A stretch of DNA of 64,000 nt, taken from assembly GCA_040752695.1 (NCBI GenBank), contig JBFMGO010000003.1:47407-111406 (forward strand), written 5' to 3'. The stretch is from a bacterium (GTDB lineage Bacteria > SZUA-182 > DTGQ01). Both the position numbers and the translations under genes were made by a program. This document shows positions 49,575 through 59,290 of the stretch, piece by piece (the first letter of the stretch is position 1; each line of letters begins with the position of its first letter). The notes beneath the pieces were generated by a model. The model saw only the letters and a program-made list of their open reading frames with translations, had not been told where the DNA came from and searched no databases.

Positions 49575-52500
49575 ATGTCCAGAAAGATTGCCGTAAGCCT
49601 GATACTTCTTTCATTTTTCTTTGTGCAGTATGCCCATGCCCTGAGTGTGGGATCGGATGGAGGGATTACCGTAAGCTTATCGTACAGCGGTGATCTTGAC
49701 CATGATCTGGTTACGGATAACGACGGCAACCCGATCACCGACAGCTCCGGTCATCAATGGCTGGCCAAGGATAAACTGGAACACGATCTTGAGTTATTTG
49801 CCCGGCATGTCTTCGAAATGTCAGAGGAAAAGCACTATATACGACAGGTGCTTATCAGCAATGAGCAAAGGGCCTGGGCCAATGCTGATATCAGGTGGGA
49901 TATGGGGCCGGGGTCGTCTTCCGCCGCTTTAAACGGATGGTCCAACAGCTCGGCACATCTGAACATCAGAAGGGGCTGGAGAACCACTATTCACGATGTG
50001 TCTTCCCATGAATTCGGGCACTACTTTTATGGATTGTCGGATGAATATGCGAAAAATTATGGGTATTATTACGGACATTTTCCAGGCAGTGATGTCCACT
50101 TTGGAGTTAAGGTAACCATTGCAGATCCGATTACGGTCATGAATGCGAACACTCCGCATCAATTCTGCGATACGACAGATCATTCGATTACCATCGAATA
50201 TACCAATCCTTCCACCTCAACCCTGGTGACGCAAAGCCTGACTACCGCTGTAATCGACGATGGGAATCCCAATAACGACGGCCCTCTCAATGACTGGATC
50301 AATCAGTTGTTCGCGATTGACGGCTGGTCAGTCGCCTGCATCAACCAAACCGACCTGATCGGGCACCATACCGAAGGGGTGAGGCCGGTCATCGATTTTT
50401 CAGCCATGCCCGAGCTGCAACTGCATTATGTAGAGCAGGACGGCATTGCACCGGGCCGGATACTGCTCCTCGACAGGTCAGGCAGCATGGGGCATGAAGA
50501 GTATGGAATCAAGGCGAGCCAGTATGTCCAGGAGGCCGGCCTTTTCCTGTACCACAGCTCGGAAGAGACCGATTATATCGGTGCCTTCACCTACAATGAC
50601 CATGTTGACAAGCTCTTCGATTACGACCAGTACAATAGCGCCAGTACCCTGGCCAGTTTTCTCGATCCCACGGGACTGACCGATATTTCGCTGGCTCTTG
50701 AAACAGCGCTCGACTCATTCATCGATGTGCACGGAGAGGCACACGTAGCAGGAGCGGAAATATTCCTCATGTCAGACGGGAAACAGACCACGGGGGCTGA
50801 CCTTTGGATACAGGTGGATAGAGCCAGAGATCTCGGAGTAAACATTCATACCTTTTCCTATGGCGATGCGGACGAGACCACCATGCAGCAGATAGCCACC
50901 GAGACCAGCGGAGACAATCTCATTATGTCAGAAAACGATTCTGATCTGATGAACTTAAAAATGGGCATGGTGAAATCCATGGCCAGAAAACAGGGGTGGA
51001 CCTCGGTCTATAATTACTACGGCACGCTCGAGTGGAAAGCGATCAGTGACTTAATCATGTATTCGACCCTGAACTTCAAGGTTCCCGACAATTCGAAGGA
51101 TGTCAAGTTTTACCTCTTTCCTGAAGGTGCCAGCATCGCGAGCTATTCCTTTAGCATGGCGAATCCTTCTGCAACGAGCACATTTACCAGCAGCCTCGAC
51201 AATACCCAGCAAAAAGGGCGGTTTTTAGGAAAAAAGGTAAAGGGGCCTGATTCAGGCACATGGTCTGTAAATATCCTGGGAAACCGAAGACCAGCAACCT
51301 TCGCTTCTGTTGCCTTACCCGATACCCAAAGTCTGACCCAGGCCAAAGTGCATCTTCTGGCCTTTATCGATAATAAGGATATCGATGCCCGGGTATGGGT
51401 CGATGACTCTTTGATCGCCATTTCCCAGGGATATCCGAAAGTGCCTGTTTATGCTTCTATTTCAAACAAATACCTCTTAACCAAGGCAGGTGTGGTATCC
51501 CGCATTTATGCACCGGATGGCACGCTGGTGGCCGGCGTCGAGATGTCGGACAATGGAAAGAACGGGGACAGGATTGCCGAGGATGGCATCTATACCGGCC
51601 TCCTGGATGCCGCACTTCTGGCACCCAAGCCGTCATTCGCCGCCATTACCTATGTCCCGCGAATAGTGACCAGGTTTAATATCAAAGCATATTTTACCGT
51701 CACCGAATCGTCGGTTCCCGCTCCTTCCGCTGAATACGAGTATGGGACAGATTACAAATCGATTCTGAAAAGTTTCAGGCCATCCACATTTGAAGCCTAT
51801 GCGGAAACAGGAGTGGGTCTGACCCAGAATCAGAACAAACCGTACCTCGAAACCAAGGGGTTTGAAAAAATCAGGTTAGAGCGGGGGAAAATCTATCAGG
51901 AATGGATAAGCATCGCAAATGCGACACCAGGCACCGAGAGTATAAGGGTTAATCTGGGCCAGGGAGTAATCGTGCGGAAAATCGAGAGCAGCCGGGAGAG
52001 GGCCGGGAATTATCTGATTGAATTCGAAGTTGCTCAAGACGCAAGCCCAGGTAAGAAAGATCTTTTTATTCAGTTTGGCAATGAAGTTTTAACCAAAACC
52101 GGTTATGGAGAAATTGCAGCGAGTGCCGAGACTTGTGATGGCAGGGACAACGACGGTGACGGCCTGGTGGACGAAAATCTTACAAGGTCCTGTTCGACCG
52201 ACTGCGGCACGGGCAGAGAAACCTGCCAGAGGGGCCAGTGGGTTGGCTGCACCGCTCCGGCCCCGGCAGCCGAAGTCTGTGATGGCAGGGACAATGACTG
52301 TGATGGCAAAATAGATGAGGACCTCACTCAGCCCTGCCCCAATGGAGGAGGAGTGCTGACCTGTCAAAACGGTCAATGGGCTGGCTGTTTCGGGCCGCAG
52401 GAATGTAAGGAGGATGATTCAGGAAAACTGGACATCGTCGGTGTTGAGGGAAAAACAGGAGATGAAATAAAGATTCCAGTAAGGATTCAATCCGCTCCCG

Positions 52501-53009
52501 CTCAGGTCGAGGCATTCGGTTTTGAATTAACTTACGATGCAGATGTCCTTGAATATACCGGCTTTGAGCGCGGGAGTCTGGTGCAGGCTTTTCCGATGTT
52601 CGATGTCAACACCGTCGGGCCTGCCAGGCTCGTAGTGGGAGGATTAACCATCAGCGATGGTATCCCCAAAGGAGCCAGCGGCTATCTGGTATGGCTGAAA
52701 TTCAAGGTGATCGCTGGACAGGAAAACAGTCAGGAAAAGGAGTGCTTTCCTCTGGAAATTGTGGACACGACCGATGATGTGGTCAATTTTTCCGCAACCG
52801 GGGGATGCTTCTGCCTCAGCACCTGCAATGGAGACCTGAACCAGGATGGGAAAATCACTCCGTCGGATGCTCTCATTGCCTTCAAGTGTTACCTCGGATC
52901 AGGCACATGCCCTGCCTGTGCCGATGTAAACCAGGACGGAAAGGTTTCTCCGGCAGATGCTCTGTGCCTGTTTAAAAAATATCTGGGACAGGCTTCCTGT
53001 CTGGATTAG
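49575..53009 (+). CDS. Secreted CLCA-like protein: zincin domain, VWA, Ca-binding segment, Cys-rich repeats, cohesin, dockerin-like domain
   Basis: HEFGHYFYGLSDEY; LLDRSGSM MIDAS; DNGKNGDRIAEDGIYT; ExCDGRDNDxDGxxDE twice; cohesin; two dockerin-type repeats. Confidence 0.87.
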   Translation: MSRKIAVSLILLSFFFVQYAHALSVGSDGGITVSLSYSGDLDHDLVTDNDGNPITDSSGHQWLAKDKLEHDLELFARHVFEMSEEKHYIRQVLISNEQRAWANADIRWDMGPGSSSAALNGWSNSSAHLNIRRGWRTTIHDVSSHEFGHYFYGLSDEYAKNYGYYYGHFPGSDVHFGVKVTIADPITVMNANTPHQFCDTTDHSITIEYTNPSTSTLVTQSLTTAVIDDGNPNNDGPLNDWINQLFAIDGWSVACINQTDLIGHHTEGVRPVIDFSAMPELQLHYVEQDGIAPGRILLLDRSGSMGHEEYGIKASQYVQEAGLFLYHSSEETDYIGAFTYNDHVDKLFDYDQYNSASTLASFLDPTGLTDISLALETALDSFIDVHGEAHVAGAEIFLMSDGKQTTGADLWIQVDRARDLGVNIHTFSYGDADETTMQQIATETSGDNLIMSENDSDLMNLKMGMVKSMARKQGWTSVYNYYGTLEWKAISDLIMYSTLNFKVPDNSKDVKFYLFPEGASIASYSFSMANPSATSTFTSSLDNTQQKGRFLGKKVKGPDSGTWSVNILGNRRPATFASVALPDTQSLTQAKVHLLAFIDNKDIDARVWVDDSLIAISQGYPKVPVYASISNKYLLTKAGVVSRIYAPDGTLVAGVEMSDNGKNGDRIAEDGIYTGLLDAALLAPKPSFAAITYVPRIVTRFNIKAYFTVTESSVPAPSAEYEYGTDYKSILKSFRPSTFEAYAETGVGLTQNQNKPYLETKGFEKIRLERGKIYQEWISIANATPGTESIRVNLGQGVIVRKIESSRERAGNYLIEFEVAQDASPGKKDLFIQFGNEVLTKTGYGEIAASAETCDGRDNDGDGLVDENLTRSCSTDCGTGRETCQRGQWVGCTAPAPAAEVCDGRDNDCDGKIDEDLTQPCPNGGGVLTCQNGQWAGCFGPQECKEDDSGKLDIVGVEGKTGDEIKIPVRIQSAPAQVEAFGFELTYDADVLEYTGFERGSLVQAFPMFDVNTVGPARLVVGGLTISDGIPKGASGYLVWLKFKVIAGQENSQEKECFPLEIVDTTDDVVNFSATGGCFCLSTCNGDLNQDGKITPSDALIAFKCYLGSGTCPACADVNQDGKVSPADALCLFKKYLGQASCLD

Positions 53010-53105
53010 TTGGAATTGGATTAGAGAGGGTTGAATTTTCATTGGAATCTGACCCGTTATCATTGGAACCTGATCTGTTGAAAACAGATCATATCTGAAA
53101 AAATT

Positions 53106-53142
53106 ACCCGGCTGGTGCCATTGCATTGGCCGGGTTTTTTAT
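53106..53142 (+). terminator. Rho-independent terminator
   Basis: acccggctggtgc / gcattggccgggt stem followed by a T-run. Confidence 0.7.
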
Positions 53143-53357
53143 TTCAGTCTGCCCAAGATGCCGGAACTGCTTGATTATGTAGTTGCATGGAGGCAACTGC
53201 ACCGATTGACATGCATGTCAGGCTAAATAATATATAATATAAGCTAAATATAATTTCAGTATTTGTAGAAATTAATACAATATGTATCATATTATTATTT
53301 GTATTCTACGAATAATAATATAAAACGGTATATAATAACAGTAAAAGGCATACAAAT

Positions 53358-54719
53358 ATGAAAAAAATAGCATATCAAATCACATTATTTTTAATCGCTA
53401 TCATCCAGCTTGCAGTTGGGGGTATAGCAAAAGCTGAAACAAAACAACCAAAGGATCTCCGCATAGCGATAGTGGGAGCCGGAGTTGCCGGGCTGTCTGC
53501 GGCATATTTTCTGAAAGATGCAGGTTACGAAAATGTTACTGTTTATGAAAAGGAGCCTCAGGTTGGAGGCAAGGTCCATTCCTTTACATACGATGGTCAT
53601 ACTCATGAACTCGGAGCCATGTGGATCGAAGACTACTATCTTATCATTTACGGATTAGCCGCCAAATATGGTATCGATTTGCAACTGGAAGAAGCTGATT
53701 TCATTATTCGCGATCCCAATAACATGAATTATAAAAATGCACAGGACTATATTGTTGCAAAGTATGGTTTAGCTAAAACCCAATTAGCATTAGCCAATTT
53801 CCAAAAAGTTCAATGGAAATTTAAAAGCCTCAATAATACAGGTTTCGCAGGAGCAGATCCGGAACTTTTCATGACCTTTGATAAATTTGCCGTGAAGTAT
53901 CAGATCGAGCCGATTGCCTATGGCTTTAAAACAATGTGGACAAACGGCGGATTCGGTTATTATCATGAAGTGCCCTCTCTGTACGTTCTCAAGTACCTGA
54001 TGCTTACTATGAGAGATCCAGGCACTTTTGTCGTTACGTTCCAAAGGGTTCCGGACGGTTACCAAAGGTTATGGGAGAAGATTGCGGATGACCTGGACGA
54101 TGTTCGTCTCAATCATACCGTAGAAAAAGTAAAGCGGCATAGCGACGGCAATTCAGTGTCGATCGAAGTAACCGCCAATGGAGTTACAGAGACTTTCGAT
54201 CGCATCATTATTACCTGTGACCTTAAAGAATCTTTAAAATTCCTCGATGCTACCAAAGATGAACAGGAACTTTTTTCCCAGGTGAAAAGCTATAACTTTG
54301 ATGTCCATTTTTTTCACGCTCATGGCATAAGCTATAGTAATGGAAACCTGGTGGTACTTGCGGCCAACAATGTGCCGGAAAAAAATGGACATGTTTTAGC
54401 CCTTCTCAATCGAGAAGAATCTCCAGGAATCTGGAAATCGTACCAAATGGCTCCCTGGGGAACTCCTTCTGACGAGCTCATAAGATTCGTTGAAGAAGAT
54501 GTGAAGCAATTAGGCGGACAGGTTGAAAGCATAATTATACAAAAACAGTGGAGCTTCTTCCCGCATGTCAAGACCCAGACTCTGTATAATGGATTCTACG
54601 ACAGAATAGAGGCTTCCCAGGGGGAAAATGGTACCTACTATGCAGGAGGAATCATGTGCCTCGAAGGTACTGAAAGAGTATGCCGATATTCTGAAAAGCT
54701 CATAAGAACATACTTCTAA
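53358..54719 (+). CDS. Secreted flavin amine-oxidase-fold protein, PAI (polyunsaturated fatty acid isomerase)-like, paralog 1
   Basis: Signal peptide; RIAIVGAGVAG, GGKVHS, ELGA, WSFFPHV, QGENGTYYAG. Confidence 0.8.
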   Translation: MKKIAYQITLFLIAIIQLAVGGIAKAETKQPKDLRIAIVGAGVAGLSAAYFLKDAGYENVTVYEKEPQVGGKVHSFTYDGHTHELGAMWIEDYYLIIYGLAAKYGIDLQLEEADFIIRDPNNMNYKNAQDYIVAKYGLAKTQLALANFQKVQWKFKSLNNTGFAGADPELFMTFDKFAVKYQIEPIAYGFKTMWTNGGFGYYHEVPSLYVLKYLMLTMRDPGTFVVTFQRVPDGYQRLWEKIADDLDDVRLNHTVEKVKRHSDGNSVSIEVTANGVTETFDRIIITCDLKESLKFLDATKDEQELFSQVKSYNFDVHFFHAHGISYSNGNLVVLAANNVPEKNGHVLALLNREESPGIWKSYQMAPWGTPSDELIRFVEEDVKQLGGQVESIIIQKQWSFFPHVKTQTLYNGFYDRIEASQGENGTYYAGGIMCLEGTERVCRYSEKLIRTYF

Positions 54720-54809
54720 CTACTTTTCAGGGGCTCTCTGACCTGGATTGTTTGGAAAGGATGGAGATCAATAGTAATGGAGATCAATAGTAAATGAAAG
54801 GCGTATAAT

Positions 54810-56177
54810 ATGAGAAAAATACTCAATACAGCCATGTTACTTTTCATTATTACCATCATGCTTGCAGGCAGGGGCGGAGCGAAAGCTGAAGCAAAGCAGT
54901 CCAGAGACTTACGCATAGCGATTATCGGAGCCGGAGCTTCCGGGCTGACGGCGGCCTATTACTTAAAAAATGCAGGCTACGAAAATATTACCGTTTATGA
55001 AAAAGAGCCCCGGGTTGGAGGAAAGGTCTACTCCTATACCTATGATGATCATACCTTTGAACTGGGGGCTTTATGGGTTGAAGAATACTATCGTATCGTT
55101 TACGGACTGGCCTTCAAATACGGTATCGATTTGCAGCCGGAAGAGGCTGATATCGTTATTCGCGATTCCAATAATACGAATTATGCAAGTCCTCTGGCAT
55201 ACGTTTCAGCAAGATATGATTCATCCGAGATCGAATCAGCTTACATCAATTACGAAAAAGTACAATTGAAATTTAAAAGTCTCAACAAGCCAGGTTTCGA
55301 AGGAGCAGATCCGGAACTTTTTATGACCTTTGATAAATTTGCCGAAAAGTATCAGATCGAGCCGATTGCCTATGGCTTTGCCACCTTTTGGACAAATGCC
55401 GGATATGGTTATTATCATGAAGTCCCGGCACTTTATGTGCTCAAGCTCATGCTGCCGAACCTGAAAGGCCCTGGACCTTATGTCGACACCCTCGGAAGGG
55501 CTCCAGATGGCTTACAGAGACTATGGGAAAAAGTCGCGGCAGATCTGGAAGATGTTCGCCTCAACCATACCGTGGAAAAAGTGAAGCGAAATGACAGCGG
55601 CAATTCAGCATCCATCGAGGTAACCGCCAACGGCCTTACAGAAACCTTTGACCGCATCATCATATCCAGTGACCTCAAAGAGTCCTTAAACTTCATCGAT
55701 GCTTCCGAAGAGGAACAGGAACTATTTTCCCAGGTCCAAAGCAATAACTATAACGTTCATATCGTTCGCGCTGATGGTATACCCTATCAAGTCGGAACCA
55801 TGGTATTACTAGCAAAAAATACTGTGCCAGAATCAATTGGACATATCATGGCCATTGTCGGCAGAGAAACTTCTCCGGGAGTCTGGACATCGTACCAACT
55901 GGCTCCCTGGGGAACATCCTCCGACGATATCGCAAACCTCCTTCAAGAGGACGTAAAGCAGTTAGGGGGACATGTTGAAAGCATAATCATACAAAAACGA
56001 TGGAGTTACTTCCCTCATGTCAAAAGCCAAAGCCTGTACGATGGATTCTATGACCGGATGGAAGCTCTCCAGGGGAAAAATGGCACCTATTATATAGGAG
56101 GGATAATGAATTTCGAAGCAGTTGAAAATACCTGCGAGTATGCTGAAAAAATCGTAGCGACATATTTTTTAAGATAA
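54810..56177 (+). CDS. Secreted flavin amine-oxidase-fold protein, PAI-like, paralog 2
   Basis: Colinear with and highly similar to 53358-54719; WSYFPHV, QGKNGTYYIGG. Confidence 0.8.
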   Translation: MRKILNTAMLLFIITIMLAGRGGAKAEAKQSRDLRIAIIGAGASGLTAAYYLKNAGYENITVYEKEPRVGGKVYSYTYDDHTFELGALWVEEYYRIVYGLAFKYGIDLQPEEADIVIRDSNNTNYASPLAYVSARYDSSEIESAYINYEKVQLKFKSLNKPGFEGADPELFMTFDKFAEKYQIEPIAYGFATFWTNAGYGYYHEVPALYVLKLMLPNLKGPGPYVDTLGRAPDGLQRLWEKVAADLEDVRLNHTVEKVKRNDSGNSASIEVTANGLTETFDRIIISSDLKESLNFIDASEEEQELFSQVQSNNYNVHIVRADGIPYQVGTMVLLAKNTVPESIGHIMAIVGRETSPGVWTSYQLAPWGTSSDDIANLLQEDVKQLGGHVESIIIQKRWSYFPHVKSQSLYDGFYDRMEALQGKNGTYYIGGIMNFEAVENTCEYAEKIVATYFLR

Positions 56178-56286
56178 TTATTTCAAGGCTCTCCACCGGG
56201 AAAAACAGGCATCCCTTAAAACGGGTTTGAGGCAGGTCCTCAAGCGGGAGACACAAAAAGAGCGAGGCACACAAACAAGAAGGCCC

Positions 56287-57069
56287 TTACCCGAAGAGGC
56301 GCTGAAAAAACGATTGCTTCGGTTTTTCCGGCTCCACGAAGTCGGGAATATCCCTGCCCTCGATAATGGCCTGAGGATTTGCGGTAACAAGAGCCAGGGC
56401 ATCGGTTTCTCCGACGATTCTGCAGGCTTCCTCCGCAGCAGGAGAAAGCAGGGGAGGACGAACCTTGGAAGAGTGGGCATCCGATGCTATGACATGGACA
56501 AGGTTATATTTGAGCAGATTGCGGCAGCAGCTCTCGGCCCGTGGCCCGAATTCCCCGATCAGGCTGAGGGTAGTGATCTGAATCAGCATTCCCTGCACTA
56601 CCAGTTCATAGAGCTGATTGATATCGTTTTGCAGCACCGCATTTCGTTCCGGATGGGTAAGGACGGGGGTAATACCCTCCAAGCTCAGCTCGAAAATGAG
56701 ATTTTTGAAATTCGGGGGTACGAACTGGTGGGGCAATTCCAAAAGAAGATAGCGATGATTATCATTGACCGTAGTGACTTGACCACGATCGATCAGCCCC
56801 AGAAGATCGGGATGAATATGCACGTCTGCACCCGGTAGAATCTCAAGAGAAATCTGCTCCTTGAGCAGCCGGGCATTCAACTCGCCTACGGCCTGCTTGA
56901 TGACCTGGGTTTCGTTGACATACACTCCATTCATGGTGTGGGGAGTGGCTACAATTTTCCCGACTCCATCCCCTTTTGCCATGGAACACATGCGCACAGA
57001 CTCTTCCATATCTGCTGCGCCGTCGTCCAGGCCGGGTAATATATGGCAATGCAAGTCTACCATCAGCAT
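56287..57069 (-). CDS. CpsB/CapC/YwqE-family PHP protein-tyrosine phosphatase
   Basis: DLHCHILPGLDDG, ATPH, THPERN, ASDAH. Confidence 0.93.
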   Translation of the reverse strand: MLMVDLHCHILPGLDDGAADMEESVRMCSMAKGDGVGKIVATPHTMNGVYVNETQVIKQAVGELNARLLKEQISLEILPGADVHIHPDLLGLIDRGQVTTVNDNHRYLLLELPHQFVPPNFKNLIFELSLEGITPVLTHPERNAVLQNDINQLYELVVQGMLIQITTLSLIGEFGPRAESCCRNLLKYNLVHVIASDAHSSKVRPPLLSPAAEEACRIVGETDALALVTANPQAIIEGRDIPDFVEPEKPKQSFFQRLFG

Positions 57070-57577
57070 TGAGAACCTACCATTAGCATCAAAATGATTT
57101 CCCCTTTCATCAGAAATATTCTCCTCTTATTGAAAACCTTCACTCATAGGCTAGGAGAAATTTTCCTTCTTTTACGACTTCAACAGTATGAGGTTATAGA
57201 AGTCATAGCAGCCATAGAATTCATAGAAGCTATAGAAGTTATAGAAGAGTTATGGCAATAGGTGTCATTATACATGCAAATATCAGATATGGCAAGGAAA
57301 GGAAAGCAATTTTTATTTTATAATTTCACCAGGCATATTATAGATATTTTTATAATATATTTACTTAAATTTATATCGAATAATAATTTAGGTATACAAT
57401 ATGTCACGGATAAGGATCCATGTCTTTTCGCCTTGCCCGGGCACTCGGGGGAGGCTTGAGGCTTGTTGAAATATAAGCGAAAAATTTTTTTTGAAAAGGT
57501 AAACTTTGTGGTATAGTAAGGTAAAATTCTTTATGAGAGAAAAAAGCATTACCTCAACCAAGAGGAGGGGGATATTT

Positions 57578-59050
57578 ATGAAGCAGCAAAGTAAGGCAGG
57601 AATCATTTTTTCAGGATTTTTATTTTTTTTTATCCTGTTGATGGGTTGTTACCCGGAAGCGGGGTATTCGAAAGGTTCGGCGATCCAGAGCACAATGGAA
57701 AACAGAACTTCACTGACGCTCACCATTTATAATCAGAACTACGGTCTGGTCCATGAAGAGCGGACTCTTTCCCTTTCACCTGCTGAAAGGCAGGAAATCC
57801 TGCTCATGGATGTTCCTGCACAGATCGAGCCGGACACGGTTTTTATAGAAACCGGCAAGCAGGAGATCAAAATTCTGGAGCAAAAGTTTGAGTATGATCT
57901 GATCACCCAGGAGAGCCTGCTGAAGCAGTACGTGGGAAAACAGCTCAAGATCATGGAAATAAATCCCGCCACAGGGGAGAAGAGCGTACTTGAGGCTGAG
58001 CTATTAAGCTTCAATAATAATCAGCCCATTTACCGGATCAAGGGAGAAATTTATCTCGGATACCCGCACGGGGTTATAATCCTGCCCCAGATTCCGGAGC
58101 AACTGGCTGTCCGACCCACTCTGCGATGGCTTCTGCACAATGCATCCCAAAAAGCACAGGAGAAATCTGTAGCCGTATCCTACCTGTCCCGTGGTTTGAA
58201 CTGGACGGCCAACTATGTTCTGCAATTAAATCAAAAAGGAACATCAGGGGATCTGTCAAGCTGGGTGGCCATCGAAAACCAGAGCGGGACCACCTTCCCC
58301 GAGGCCAGGATTAAACTGATGGCCGGCGAGGTCAAGCGGGAAGAGGTAGTCGCCTATGGTGTCCGGCGGATGAAGGTGGCAGCCGAAGGTCTTGACACCG
58401 AGGCTGGCCAGGCACCTTTTGCCGAGGAATCGCTTGCAGAATATCATCTCTATACGCTTGACAGGCCATCGACCCTGAAGGATCAGCAGACAACCCGGAT
58501 TTCCTTTATCGAGGCGTCCCGGATTCCCATTCAAAAGGAGTTTGTTTTCCAGGGCCAGGGAGTCTACCAGCGATCGTATCAGGAGTCCTTTGAAGTTCCA
58601 AAGCCGGTCCAGGTTTACCTGAAACTGGAGAACAAGAAGGAGCAGCACCTTGGCCTGCCCTTGCCGCAGGGAGCGATCAGGGTCTATCAGGCAGGTCAGA
58701 ACAGCGCTCAGGCCGAGTTCATCGGAGAGGATCGCTTAGGGCATACGCCCGTGGAAGAAACCATGCGCGTTCAAATCGGCAAAGCCTTCGATGTGACGGG
58801 AGTGCAAAAGCAAATGGAGTGGCAAAAGATCAGCACTCAGGTCTATGAGAGCAGTTGGCAGGTAACCTTGCGCAACCAGAAGGATGAAAAGATCGTGGTC
58901 CGGGTGATAGCGCCGATGCAGGGCGAATGGAAAGTCCTGAGCAGTTCTCATCCTTATGAGCGTCTGGAAGCATATAAAATCGGATTTGCCGTGACCATCC
59001 CCGCCAAAGGAGAGGAGACAGTTACCTATCGGGTTCGGATAAAATTTTAA
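57578..59050 (+). CDS. DUF4139 domain secreted protein
   Basis: LTIYNQN, VSYLSRGLNWTANY, EYHLY, LGLPLPQG, GEDRLGHTP; ATG 57578 after aggagg. Confidence 0.85.
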   Translation: MKQQSKAGIIFSGFLFFFILLMGCYPEAGYSKGSAIQSTMENRTSLTLTIYNQNYGLVHEERTLSLSPAERQEILLMDVPAQIEPDTVFIETGKQEIKILEQKFEYDLITQESLLKQYVGKQLKIMEINPATGEKSVLEAELLSFNNNQPIYRIKGEIYLGYPHGVIILPQIPEQLAVRPTLRWLLHNASQKAQEKSVAVSYLSRGLNWTANYVLQLNQKGTSGDLSSWVAIENQSGTTFPEARIKLMAGEVKREEVVAYGVRRMKVAAEGLDTEAGQAPFAEESLAEYHLYTLDRPSTLKDQQTTRISFIEASRIPIQKEFVFQGQGVYQRSYQESFEVPKPVQVYLKLENKKEQHLGLPLPQGAIRVYQAGQNSAQAEFIGEDRLGHTPVEETMRVQIGKAFDVTGVQKQMEWQKISTQVYESSWQVTLRNQKDEKIVVRVIAPMQGEWKVLSSSHPYERLEAYKIGFAVTIPAKGEETVTYRVRIKF

Positions 59051-59290
59051 TTTTTTCCCTTTCCAGCATAAGTACATAAGGCCAGTTAAGTACATAAGCC
59101 AAAGTACATAAACCAAACCAGCTAAGGCACATTCGAGGCACAGTGGAAAGGGGCACTCATGGCACAGTGAGGGGGAAAAGGGAGGGCATTTTTTTCCTCC
59201 TGTACCGTGAGTGCCTCAAGGTGCTTCAAGTTGTTACCCTGTTTTGTGAACTTGCATATTTAATCTTGCATACTTAATTCAAGGATATCT

